From: an uncultured Gammaproteobacteria bacterium
Lineage (GTDB): Bacteria > Patescibacteriota > Patescibacteriia > UBA1558 > GWA2-36-10
Direction: 5' to 3'
DNA: 64,000 nucleotides
Assembly: GCA_964638415.1 (NCBI GenBank)
Contig: CAZWYP010000006.1
Location: forward strand, 2,244-66,243
The translations under genes were made by a program, and so were the position numbers. The notes under the pieces were generated by a model that worked only from the letters and a program-made list of their open reading frames with translations, searched no databases and was not told the origin of the DNA. Shown here piece by piece: positions 19,499 to 28,920 of this stretch; position 1 is the first letter of the stretch, and every line of letters starts with the position of its first letter.

Positions 19499-20521
19499 TT
19501 ATTTCTTAGCTAAAATATCTTCCACCAAACGAATATAATTGTCAACTGCGTTTTGGGGAAATAATTTCTGCAAATTCAAACCCAGCTGTTTGCGCAATTC
19601 CGAATTTGCCAATAATTTCTGCAGATACCTCTCCATTATTTTCTCCGAGCCTTGTTTCACGTAAATAGCGGCATTATGTTTGGCAAAAAATTCCGCATTA
19701 TCCTCCTGATGGCTCTGGGGTATGGGAATTAGCACCAAAGCTTTAGCTAGACTAGCCGCTTCCGTAATTAAGGAAAGACCCGCGCGGGAAATAATTATAG
19801 CTGCCCTAGATAATAACCCAGCCATATCACCAGTAGCAAAAGTCTGGCAGTAATAATTAGGCAAAGACAAAGCCTGATCCACATTATCTCTGCCGACAAT
19901 ATGGTATACGGGATAATGCTTAGTAAGCTCGGGAATTATTCCTTTCAGAAAATTATTAAAGCTTCTGGCTCCTAAACCGCCGCCGGTAATTAAGATAATT
20001 GGTTCTTCAGAGTCTGGCGGAATAATTCTCACTGGATTGCCAGTTAATACTATTTTATTACTGCTAAATAACTTTAATTGATCAGGAAAAGTTACGGTAA
20101 TTTTAGTAGCCAACTTAGCCATCAGCTTATTAGCCAGACCAACTTTAATATCCTGCTGGTGAACAACTCTGGGTATTCGGCAGAACCAAGCCGCTAAAAT
20201 CATCGGCACGGCTACAAAACTGCCAGCAGACAAAACCAACTCCGGCTTAAATTGCCTAATAATCCTCAAAGACTGGAAAAAACCAATCTTAAACCTAAAA
20301 ATATCTACTAAATTCTGCCAAGACCAGTAACGGCGTAATTTACCGGAAGCAATAGTCTCAAATTTAAAACCTAGCTTTTCCACTACCAGCCTTTCCGGAC
20401 CCTGCTGACTGCCGACAAATAAATACTCTGCCGGGTATTTAGAGGCAATGGCCAGCAAGGGACTGACTGAGCCCATAGTACCGCCTCCTACTAGAATTAT
20501 TTTTGGTTTTTTGCTAGCCAT
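19499..20521 (-). CDS. murG: undecaprenyldiphospho-muramoylpentapeptide beta-N-acetylglucosaminyltransferase
   Basis: 340 aa. GT28 (GGGTMGSVSPLLAIA N-terminus). 1-nt overlap with the ftsW stop. Confidence 0.85.
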   Translation of the reverse strand: MASKKPKIILVGGGTMGSVSPLLAIASKYPAEYLFVGSQQGPERLVVEKLGFKFETIASGKLRRYWSWQNLVDIFRFKIGFFQSLRIIRQFKPELVLSAGSFVAVPMILAAWFCRIPRVVHQQDIKVGLANKLMAKLATKITVTFPDQLKLFSSNKIVLTGNPVRIIPPDSEEPIILITGGGLGARSFNNFLKGIIPELTKHYPVYHIVGRDNVDQALSLPNYYCQTFATGDMAGLLSRAAIIISRAGLSLITEAASLAKALVLIPIPQSHQEDNAEFFAKHNAAIYVKQGSEKIMERYLQKLLANSELRKQLGLNLQKLFPQNAVDNYIRLVEDILAKK

Positions 20522-21684
20522 TAATTATTCTCCTTCACTGTATACTTAGAAATATTAGCCAAGATACCCACCGCTCCCAGAGTAATCGCTAAATTACTGC
20601 CACCTAAAGAAACAAAAGGCAGCGGCACACCGGTTAGCGGCATTAAGCCAATAATGGAAGCAATGTTAATAAAAATCTGGATAGACAACCAACTGGTAAT
20701 GCCTAGAGCAATTAATTTGCCAAAATCATCATTGGCATTCTTGGCTATTTTAAATCCTTTAACCATCAGCATGGCAAATAAGATAACAAAAGCTAAGCTG
20801 AAGATAAAGCCAATTTCTTCCGCTACCACCGCAAAAATTGAATCTCCAAAAGCTTCCGGCAGGTAATTGAATTTCTGGCGGGAGTACCCCAAGCCTAAGC
20901 CAAACCAGCCACCAGAGCCCACAGCGATTAAAGCTTGGTTAATTTGGTAATTAATTCCCTGCGGATCTATTTCCGGGTGTAGAAAAGCCGTTAAACGCTG
21001 CATGCGATACGGAGCGGCTTTAATCATCGCTAAGAAACCAACTATACCTAAACCAATAATTAAACCTAAATGACGCCAATTAGCCCCAGCCACAAAATAC
21101 ATGGCTAAAGCCGTAAAGACAATAATGCTTAAAGTGCCCAAATCCGGCTGAAGGATTAATAAAGCGGAGATTAAAAATAATATAATAATAAATGGACGGG
21201 CACCGACTTTCCACTCCTTAATGCGCCAGCCTAATTTAGACAACCAACCGGCTAAAAACAAGATAAAAGATAATTTAACAATCTCGCTGGTCTGGATGGA
21301 AAATCCCACATCAATCCAAGATTTAGCCGCGCCATAACCGGCTGACAAGCCGGGAACAAATACCAAGAGTAAAAGCAGAAAAGAGACAATTAAAAACCAT
21401 TGGTAAAACTCCAGATATTTTTTGTAATCCGTGCGTAAAGTTAAGTAGAATAAAACCAGCCCCGGCAATACTCCATTAGTTATCTGCTTGATCACAAAAA
21501 AATAAGTGCTCTGATCATGCTGGTAAAAAGCCATGGAAGCAGAAGCAGATGACAAAAACAGCAAGCCAAAAAGCAATAGCAAGCCTACTACTGACAATAG
21601 CCCTCGATCCGGCAAATGGCCGCCCTGGCCTAAGCCAAACGGCGCCCAAAACCATTCTTTAAAGCTTTTTTTTCTTCTGATCAT
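20521..21684 (-). CDS. ftsW: cell division protein FtsW/RodA (SEDS family)
   Basis: 387 aa with 10 TM. SEDS motifs (GLMPLTGVPLPFVSLGGS). Confidence 0.8.
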   Translation of the reverse strand: MIRRKKSFKEWFWAPFGLGQGGHLPDRGLLSVVGLLLLFGLLFLSSASASMAFYQHDQSTYFFVIKQITNGVLPGLVLFYLTLRTDYKKYLEFYQWFLIVSFLLLLLVFVPGLSAGYGAAKSWIDVGFSIQTSEIVKLSFILFLAGWLSKLGWRIKEWKVGARPFIIILFLISALLILQPDLGTLSIIVFTALAMYFVAGANWRHLGLIIGLGIVGFLAMIKAAPYRMQRLTAFLHPEIDPQGINYQINQALIAVGSGGWFGLGLGYSRQKFNYLPEAFGDSIFAVVAEEIGFIFSLAFVILFAMLMVKGFKIAKNANDDFGKLIALGITSWLSIQIFINIASIIGLMPLTGVPLPFVSLGGSNLAITLGAVGILANISKYTVKENN

Positions 21685-23074
21685 TTTTTACCAATTGATT
21701 AAATTTCCGAGCGCGGTCAAATTCATTAACAAACATATTAAAGCTAGCAGCAGCTGGAGAGAATAATAATAAGTCAGCCTTAACTAAATTCTTTTTAGCC
21801 AAAGTATAAGCAGCCTTTAAACTGGAAAATCCTTTAGCTAAGTGCTTGAGTGGATACTTCACTTTATGCAAAGCCGCGATTAATTTATCACTGCCAGTAC
21901 CCTTAAGTAAAACTACATTCTTTACCTGTTCTTTAATTACTTTAGCCAAGGCTCCATAATCCAGATTTTTATCCTGCCCACCAGCCAACAATACTATCTT
22001 CTTGCCAGCCAGAGCTTTAATCGCTGCCATCGTTGCATCCGGCGTAGTAGAAGTAGAATCATTGTAAACTAAAGCCTTTCCTAATTTACCAATAAACTGC
22101 AGACGAAAATCTACGCCAGTAAAAGAATTAATTGCTTTAGCAATATTAAGATTATTTACCTTAAGCAGCTTAGCTACGCAAATTGCTGCTAAAATATTAG
22201 CTAAATTATGCTCGCCTAACAGCTTTATTTTTTTAATGTCCATTACTCTCTCTTGGCGTTTACCATCGTAAAAATAAATTTCTCCTGACTGGTAATATAT
22301 TCCTTTGACTTTCTTAAGTAGAGAAAAATAAAAAACTTTAGCTTTTGTTAATTTAGCTGCTTGGGATGACAGTTTATTATCCCAATTTAAGACAGCATAA
22401 TCTTCCTTCCCTTGATTTCTTACAATATGGTATTTAGCTTCAGCATAAGCCTGCATACTACCATAACGGTTCAGATGATCCGACATAATATTGGTAATAA
22501 CTGCTACTGCCGGGGATATTTTATACTCCCCCAAATTCTCCAGATGCCAGCTAGATAATTCCAAGACTGGCCAGCTGTTGGTCTGTAATTTATCTAGCAC
22601 GGAAAACATCGGAGTGGTAGCAATATTACCAGCTAAAACATTGCCTTTAATTGCAGTCTTTAGAATATGATGAATTAAGGTGGCGGTGGTAGACTTACCT
22701 CTAGTGCCGGTAACACCAACACTACTCCCCCTAAATAAGCCAAAAAACATCACTGCCTCATTGACAATGGGAATCTTATTTTCTCTCGCCTGTTTAAGAT
22801 ATAAGGAATTAGCCGGTACGCCGGGATTCTGTACAATTAAATCCTGTTTAACAAAATCTGCCAAAGAATGCCGGCCTAAGGTATATTTAATTTTATTACT
22901 ACCAGCTAAAGCTTTGATCTTTTTTAAAGTTGGCTCTAATTGCTTCGCCGTTTTTAAGTCAGTAATGGTTAATTGCGCACCACGCTTTAATAGCCATTTT
23001 ACTACCTGAAAAGCGCCACCATGCAAACCCAGTCCCATAATTAAAACTCTCTGTTTAGACCAAGCTTTTACCAT
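21659..23074 (-). CDS. murD: UDP-N-acetylmuramoylalanine--D-glutamate ligase
   Basis: 471 aa. Mur ligase core (GTRGKSTTATL). Position between ftsW and mraY. Confidence 0.85.
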   Translation of the reverse strand: MVKAWSKQRVLIMGLGLHGGAFQVVKWLLKRGAQLTITDLKTAKQLEPTLKKIKALAGSNKIKYTLGRHSLADFVKQDLIVQNPGVPANSLYLKQARENKIPIVNEAVMFFGLFRGSSVGVTGTRGKSTTATLIHHILKTAIKGNVLAGNIATTPMFSVLDKLQTNSWPVLELSSWHLENLGEYKISPAVAVITNIMSDHLNRYGSMQAYAEAKYHIVRNQGKEDYAVLNWDNKLSSQAAKLTKAKVFYFSLLKKVKGIYYQSGEIYFYDGKRQERVMDIKKIKLLGEHNLANILAAICVAKLLKVNNLNIAKAINSFTGVDFRLQFIGKLGKALVYNDSTSTTPDATMAAIKALAGKKIVLLAGGQDKNLDYGALAKVIKEQVKNVVLLKGTGSDKLIAALHKVKYPLKHLAKGFSSLKAAYTLAKKNLVKADLLLFSPAAASFNMFVNEFDRARKFNQLVKNDQKKKKL

Positions 23075-24126
23075 AAGCTCATATCAATAATAGCTACAAT
23101 TAAGCCAATCACCGCGGTGACACCGGCAATTACCCAGAAACGCATGACAATTTTAGGCTCTGACCAACCTTTGGCTTCAAAATGATGATGAATAGGCGCC
23201 GATAAAAATACTTTGCGCTTGCGAATCTTCTTGGAGAGGATTTGAATGATTACCGAACCGGATTCTATTAACAGAATAAAGCCAATAATTGGCAAAAGCA
23301 AAGGATAACCCGTCAACACTGCCACAATGCCTAAAGCTACTCCTAAAGACATAGCGCCGGTATCGCCCATAAAGAATCTGGCGGGATTAATATTAAACCA
23401 CAAGAAAGAAAGCAAGGCTCCGATGATCACCCCGCAGAAAGCCGCTAAATTATAATCTCCCTGGACAAAAGCAATGGTGCCGTAAGCACCAAAAGCCGCT
23501 AAAACTATACCGCCGGCTAAACCGTCTAAACCGTCTGTTTCATTGACAGAAAAAGCAGTAGCGACAATTACAAAAATAAAGAAAGGAATAAACCAGTAGC
23601 CTAATTCAAATACTCCCACAAACGGTATCCTAACTACATCCCATTCCAATTTAAAATAAAACCACCAAGCACCGAAAACAGCAATTAAAGCGTACATCAG
23701 CAAGCGGTGCTTAACTGTTAAGCCGCCTCCCTTACCACCGCCCTGTCGGCGAACATTAAACCAGTCATCCAGTAAGCCCACTAAAGCCGAGGCAATCAAG
23801 GCGCCTAAAGGCAGATAAGTCTCCGACCTAGTCAAAAAATTCCAGCTGGCTAAAAAAGAATCTGGCCATACCTTGTAAATCCAGAAAAAAACCAAGGCTA
23901 ATAATAAAGTGGTAAACCAAATCAATACTCCACCCATAGTCGGTGTACCGGATTTAACCTGATGGATCTTGGAAAAAATAGGCGTCAATCCGTCATTACG
24001 GACACTCTTGCCCAAACGATGCTTATATAAAAAATGCGTCCATAACGGAGTAAGCAGGGTGGCTAGTAAAAAAGCAATAGCTGTTAGCGCCAAAATTTTA
24101 ATAATAACAAAATTTTCGGTCATCAT
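23068..24126 (-). CDS. mraY: phospho-N-acetylmuramoyl-pentapeptide transferase
   Basis: 352 aa. Polytopic. Conserved Asp-rich loops (DDWFNVRR, NETDGLDGLA). Confidence 0.9.
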   Translation of the reverse strand: MMTENFVIIKILALTAIAFLLATLLTPLWTHFLYKHRLGKSVRNDGLTPIFSKIHQVKSGTPTMGGVLIWFTTLLLALVFFWIYKVWPDSFLASWNFLTRSETYLPLGALIASALVGLLDDWFNVRRQGGGKGGGLTVKHRLLMYALIAVFGAWWFYFKLEWDVVRIPFVGVFELGYWFIPFFIFVIVATAFSVNETDGLDGLAGGIVLAAFGAYGTIAFVQGDYNLAAFCGVIIGALLSFLWFNINPARFFMGDTGAMSLGVALGIVAVLTGYPLLLPIIGFILLIESGSVIIQILSKKIRKRKVFLSAPIHHHFEAKGWSEPKIVMRFWVIAGVTAVIGLIVAIIDMSLW

Positions 24127-24482
24127 AAATTGTAGCTAATAATATTATAAAGATAGATTAAAACCATAAAATTAATTACCGCTACGGCAGTAATGATAAA
24201 ATGGCTCCAAATAGTCTGCTTATTCCATAACCAATAAGCTAAAGCTAAATCCAATATGCTAATCACTAAGCTAATAGCTGGTAATAAATACAGCCAATAC
24301 CACGGTCCAATCGCGTCAAAACCAAAGTAAATATTATAGTGTAAAATAGATAAATCGCTTCTGACTATAGGCCGAAAAAGTAAAAGCAGCCAGCCGGCTA
24401 AAATAAATAAAACCGCCGCATTAATCAACCAAAAATTCAAACGGTCCTTGTAAAAAACCTTAATGTTCTTTATCAACAGCAT
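24123..24482 (-). CDS. hypothetical small membrane protein
   Basis: 119 aa with 3-4 predicted TM helices. 4-nt overlap with mraY. Confidence 0.45.
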   Translation of the reverse strand: MLLIKNIKVFYKDRLNFWLINAAVLFILAGWLLLLFRPIVRSDLSILHYNIYFGFDAIGPWYWLYLLPAISLVISILDLALAYWLWNKQTIWSHFIITAVAVINFMVLIYLYNIISYNL

Positions 24483-24576
24483 ATTTTCTCATATTTTAAC
24501 ATAAAAGATTAAAAAAATCTACTTTAATAATTAGCTTAAATATAGTATAATAAAAGCAAAATTAACCCATAAATCT

Positions 24577-25446
24577 ATGGCAGTAAAAAAGGCTATCAAG
24601 GCCAAAAAAGCCACTACTTCTAAAACCCAAGCTCTCCAGCTAGATAAATTGCTAGCAGCAGCACTTAAGGTAAAAGCTACCAGCATTCATTTAGAGCGCC
24701 ATAGCGAACAAGCCAAGGTTAGATACCGAGTAATGAATGAATTAAAATCGGGAGAGAAGATTTCTTTGGATTCCTTTCTGGCTTTAAGCCAAAAGCTTAA
24801 AGCTTTGGCTAATGTTGATCCCACCGCTAATACTCCCCAGGAAGGACGCTTTAGGGCTCGCTCCGGAGAGCAAGAATTACAGCTAGGTACTGCTTTCTGG
24901 CCAATGTATGAAGGAGAAAAGATTATTATTAAAATTCTGGACGATAAATCAGCTAAACTATCTACTTTATTGCTGACTGAGGAAGATTTCCATAAAATAT
25001 CTTCTGCGCTGCAAGATAAATCGGGCTTAATCCTACTGACAGAAATGAAATTAACAGAAAAAAACCGCCTGCTATATGCCCTACTTAATGAGCTTAATCG
25101 GGAAGCCTTGGATATCTTCACTCTAGAAGACTTTATCGAATACCCCCTGCCGGGTATTCATCAGCAGCAATTGGAAAACTTTGAAGATAATAAATTAAGT
25201 AATACTTTAGCTAAACTGCTTAGGCATGAACCGGATGTGGTGATGATTTCCAAGATTACTGGTCCGGAAACTGCCAAGCAAATAGTCAATGCTGCCGCTC
25301 ATAATATTGTTCTTACCTATTTACCAGGCCGAAACTTAGAAGAAAGCATGCATTTTCTCAAAGCCTGGGGAATTGATGATTATATTCTAGAATCTGTCTT
25401 AAAATCAATTATTACCCAAGCAGATAATAAATTTAAAATAATCTAA
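24577..25446 (+). CDS. degenerate PilB/GspE/PilT-like secretion ATPase homologue (pseudo-ATPase)
   Basis: 289 aa. It aligns to the N2 domain and ATPase core of T2SS/T4P ATPases: PQEGRF..GEKIIIKIL vs PQDGRf..GEkvvlRiL, the Asp box TLEDFIEY, and LRHEPDVVM. The Walker A is replaced (GLILLTEMKLTEKN vs [14 protein letters not shown]). The Walker B Glu is lost (MISKITGPETA vs [11 protein letters not shown]). The His box is degenerate and the C-terminal subdomain is absent. Confidence 0.7.
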   Translation: MAVKKAIKAKKATTSKTQALQLDKLLAAALKVKATSIHLERHSEQAKVRYRVMNELKSGEKISLDSFLALSQKLKALANVDPTANTPQEGRFRARSGEQELQLGTAFWPMYEGEKIIIKILDDKSAKLSTLLLTEEDFHKISSALQDKSGLILLTEMKLTEKNRLLYALLNELNREALDIFTLEDFIEYPLPGIHQQQLENFEDNKLSNTLAKLLRHEPDVVMISKITGPETAKQIVNAAAHNIVLTYLPGRNLEESMHFLKAWGIDDYILESVLKSIITQADNKFKII

Positions 25447-25475
25447 GAAAAGCCGCGGTGAACGCGGCTTTTTAA
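25447..25475. terminator. bidirectional rho-independent terminator at convergent junction
   Basis: Perfect hairpin gccgcg gtgaa cgcggc with a 5' A-run and a 3' T-run. Sits between the converging stops at 25446 and 25472. Confidence 0.6.
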
Positions 25476-25693
25476 ACTAATTTAATTTCTTTTACTTCCG
25501 GGCACTGGCATTTTATCTCTGTTTCAATCAAGCCCCGGAAAGTAAGATCAGCAATCGGACAGTGAGCGCAAGCGCCTTTAAATTTCAAACTTAATACTCC
25601 GGAATCTTGGTTAAATTCTACCAACTCCATATCTCCTCCATCCGACTGCAAGGCCGGCCTAATCTTAGCAATAACTTGCTCTACTGCTGTCAT
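25472..25693 (-). CDS. NifU-like (Nfu) Fe-S cluster scaffold domain protein
   Basis: 73 aa. LKFKGACAHCP CxxC motif typical of the Nfu/NifU C-terminal domain. Confidence 0.7.
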   Translation of the reverse strand: MTAVEQVIAKIRPALQSDGGDMELVEFNQDSGVLSLKFKGACAHCPIADLTFRGLIETEIKCQCPEVKEIKLV

Positions 25694-26100
25694 TGTATTT
25701 TACCAGATAAACTCTGGAAGGTTTCGTCTAATTTTTCTTTTTCTTCTTCCTTAGTCTGCCAATGTACTAAATCATCATTCAGATAACGGGGAATAACATG
25801 CCAATGCACATGATCAATTACCTGTCCGGCTGCCTTGCCATTATTTAATCCCAGATTAAAACCAGCTGCTTGTAATAATCCGGCAATCTGCGGCGCTAAA
25901 CGGTGAACAACTTTAATTAAATTAGCAGCAGACTCTGCATCCATCTCTGTAAAATTGGCAAAATGCTCTTTAGGCACTACTAAAGTATGACCCTTAGTAT
26001 TGGGAGCAATATCTAAAAAAGCCAGATAATCTTGATCTTCATATACTTTCTGGGCGGGAATTTCTCCGGCCGCTATTTTACAAAAAACGCAATCTACCAT
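25690..26100 (-). CDS. HIT-family nucleotide hydrolase
   Basis: 136 aa. Histidine triad HVHWHVIPR. Confidence 0.85.
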   Translation of the reverse strand: MVDCVFCKIAAGEIPAQKVYEDQDYLAFLDIAPNTKGHTLVVPKEHFANFTEMDAESAANLIKVVHRLAPQIAGLLQAAGFNLGLNNGKAAGQVIDHVHWHVIPRYLNDDLVHWQTKEEEKEKLDETFQSLSGKIQ

Positions 26101-26102
26101 AA

Positions 26103-27734
26103 TTATTCTTTAAATTCTATTTTAATTAATTTAAACTCTTCATTTATCTCAACTGTTTGCTGAAAAGTCAAACCACTCTCCTCTGCTTCCTGCTTAACTT
26201 CTAATAATTTATCTGCTGGCTGCGAAGTATAAAAATAAATCGGAGTCTTGTCTTTTATCTTAGCAATGCGTGGCCAAAGAGGCAAATCTCCCTGCGGCAC
26301 TACTACCCGGTAATACGGAAAAAATATCTTGTCGCTCCGTTCGGTAATAATAACCGAATGCTTAGGCGCGTAATTCTGCACCCTGACAAACTGCCGGTAA
26401 TAACTCTGTAAATTTGCAGTATTAGCAACTAGCCCATCATAAGGAGAATAATATGCTAATCTCACGGAAAAAATTCCTAGAATAATTACCAATATCAATG
26501 GCCAACTGACTGCTAAATATTTCTGTTTTAAATTGCTGAGGCCTAAAATAGCTTTAGCAACAAATGGCAAAATTAAAATATAAATCGGTAGAAAATAACG
26601 CACATAAGAAATACTAATGGTATTATATTGCTTAACCAAAGGATCAGCTAAATCCCAATTGGCGTAATAGATTAAAATAATTATACTGACTAAACTAGTA
26701 GCTATAAAATACTTAAACCAGAGAGATTGCCTGTTAAATACTTGGTCTTTCAAATACCACCAAGATAATAAAGCTAAGAGATAATACGGCCACATTAATT
26801 CTACTAAATAATGCCAGGTGTTAGATAATAACAATCTGGTCTGCCAACCAAAAGGCAAAATAATTACCTGCAGATAACCAATTAATCCTCGATGTCCTGA
26901 AGCAAACTCTGTCGGCAGGCTATTATTCTGCAGATTAAGATAGCCAAACAGCCACCATGAGCCATAAACTGCTTTATTTAAAGATAGACTGGCTAAAGCG
27001 GTAAAAATAAATAAGAGTGCAGCAATAATAATCTGCTTTTTAGTAATTAACTTATAATTAAAATACCAGAGCAGCAATAATAGAACTGCTACCCATAAAA
27101 TTTCCGTGGGCCTGACTGCTAAAGCGCAAAGTATTAGCCAACTGCCAATAATAAACCACAGATTGCTTTTCTTTTCTGCAAATAAAAACAATCCTAATAA
27201 GCCAAAGCTTAAGAGGAAAATAAATAGAATTACGGGCAGCATGGCCTCATTGGTAAAAAACAGCCAAGGCGCTAAGGGTAATAATAATAAAGCGCATAAT
27301 AAGCTTAAATCCAGATCATGCCAGATCCGGTAAAACAGCTGGTAGATAATAAAAACAGTAGCGACTGCCAGTATGGGAGTCAAGAATAAGATGCTTAGTG
27401 GCCCCAATAATTTAAAAGCTAAGCCAAAAATAAGCAGTCCTGGTAAAAAAGTCATGGGCACCAGCCAACCGTTAATCACATTAATACTGCGGGTATGTAA
27501 TAGATTATCTGTCCAGAAATTCAAATACTCTAAAGAGAAAAGGGAATTAAGGCGGCTAAATGACTCGGCAAAGAAATAATTAGCATTAGCATCAGGCCAA
27601 TTAAAAATCATCTGCTTGGTTGCTAGCCATTGCGGCAACCAGGTAGACCAAATGGTATAGGAATAAAGCCAGAAGAAAATCAGACTCAAGCCAATAACTA
27701 GAATACTATAAGTAGTTTTTTTATTGATCTGCAT
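26103..27734 (-). CDS. GT-C fold membrane glycosyltransferase (ArnT/PMT-like, GT39/GT83)
   Basis: 543 aa with at least 11 TM and a C-terminal extracytoplasmic domain. First-loop motif PDANANYFFAESF resembles the ArnT/PMT DE..YAEIA catalytic loop. Confidence 0.5.
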   Translation of the reverse strand: MQINKKTTYSILVIGLSLIFFWLYSYTIWSTWLPQWLATKQMIFNWPDANANYFFAESFSRLNSLFSLEYLNFWTDNLLHTRSINVINGWLVPMTFLPGLLIFGLAFKLLGPLSILFLTPILAVATVFIIYQLFYRIWHDLDLSLLCALLLLPLAPWLFFTNEAMLPVILFIFLLSFGLLGLFLFAEKKSNLWFIIGSWLILCALAVRPTEILWVAVLLLLLWYFNYKLITKKQIIIAALLFIFTALASLSLNKAVYGSWWLFGYLNLQNNSLPTEFASGHRGLIGYLQVIILPFGWQTRLLLSNTWHYLVELMWPYYLLALLSWWYLKDQVFNRQSLWFKYFIATSLVSIIILIYYANWDLADPLVKQYNTISISYVRYFLPIYILILPFVAKAILGLSNLKQKYLAVSWPLILVIILGIFSVRLAYYSPYDGLVANTANLQSYYRQFVRVQNYAPKHSVIITERSDKIFFPYYRVVVPQGDLPLWPRIAKIKDKTPIYFYTSQPADKLLEVKQEAEESGLTFQQTVEINEEFKLIKIEFKE

Positions 27735-28920
27735 TGATATATTCTAAAAGCTTACCAATATAATTAGGCAATAGATAACTGCTGACGCTGTGTTGGCAAT
27801 TAGCAGACAATAAGGATAGCTTCTCCCGCTGCTGGTACAAACCGATAATCTTCTTATTCATCAACTCCCAGTTGGCGGCTGGAAAAATCCAGCCGTTTTT
27901 TCCTTCCTTTATCAGCTCCGCTGTTCCGCCAATATCGGCCGCCAAAACTGGAATTCCTAAATTCAGCACCTCATAAATCACCGTTGGTGAATTCTCATAG
28001 CATAAAGAAGGCACTACTGCCAAATCCATCTTAGCTAATAATGGCAATAACTGCTGCTGAGACAGCCAGCCGTAGAAAATAATCCGCTGGTCATCATCAG
28101 CTAATTCTTTGGCTTTAGCCAGATCCTGACCAACACCGGCAACATGCAGCCTGGCCTGCGGCAAAGATAATTTACGGAAATTGGTAATCAGTTCTAAAAC
28201 TCCCTTAGCTTTATGCACTTGCCCCAAATAAAGCAGATTTAACTCCGCAGTTGGCTTCTTATGCAAATTAATTGCTGAACGAACTGGATTGGGCAAAACT
28301 ACCTTCTGCGACTGCGGAAAAAATCCTTTTTCCTGGTAGAAATTCAAAAGATAACGGGAAGGAGAAATAATTAATTGCGGAGAAGCAAATAATTTTTTAG
28401 TAAGCTTGTCATAACCGGTTAATTTGACTAAGCGACTTTCCCAGTTATTCTCCTGTTCTTTAATTATTAAGCCGGAAGGGATAACCAGCTGCACATCATG
28501 CAAAATATGAACATGCTTAATTTTTAATTGGCGCAGCAGTAAAGGAATTAAAAAGCCAAAACCGGTTAAATTATGAGTAATAACCACCTCTGGTTTTTCT
28601 TGCAATAAAATTCTTCTGGTCTGCCAGTAAGAAAAGATATTGAAGATATCAAATAAGCGCCAGATAAAACGAATGGGAAGAGGAAATTTGTAATCATTTA
28701 AATAATAATAGATATTAGCCGGATAAATGCGCTTAACTGGAATGTCATTAACTTCACCCTCGGATATTTGCCAGGATTTAAAACCTTGGGCTGGCTTAGT
28801 AGAAATTACAAACACGTGCTGCCAAGCTTCTTTTAAGCCTTCGGCCATCATGGCGGCAACCAATTCCGCCCCTCCCCTGATTAACGGCGGGTATAAATTA
28901 GAAATTATTCCTATTTTCAT
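27721..28920 (-). CDS. glycosyltransferase family 4
   Basis: 399 aa. GT-B. C-terminal EX7E-type region (SLCYENSPTVIYEVLNLGIPVLAADIGG). Confidence 0.75.
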   Translation of the reverse strand: MKIGIISNLYPPLIRGGAELVAAMMAEGLKEAWQHVFVISTKPAQGFKSWQISEGEVNDIPVKRIYPANIYYYLNDYKFPLPIRFIWRLFDIFNIFSYWQTRRILLQEKPEVVITHNLTGFGFLIPLLLRQLKIKHVHILHDVQLVIPSGLIIKEQENNWESRLVKLTGYDKLTKKLFASPQLIISPSRYLLNFYQEKGFFPQSQKVVLPNPVRSAINLHKKPTAELNLLYLGQVHKAKGVLELITNFRKLSLPQARLHVAGVGQDLAKAKELADDDQRIIFYGWLSQQQLLPLLAKMDLAVVPSLCYENSPTVIYEVLNLGIPVLAADIGGTAELIKEGKNGWIFPAANWELMNKKIIGLYQQREKLSLLSANCQHSVSSYLLPNYIGKLLEYINADQ

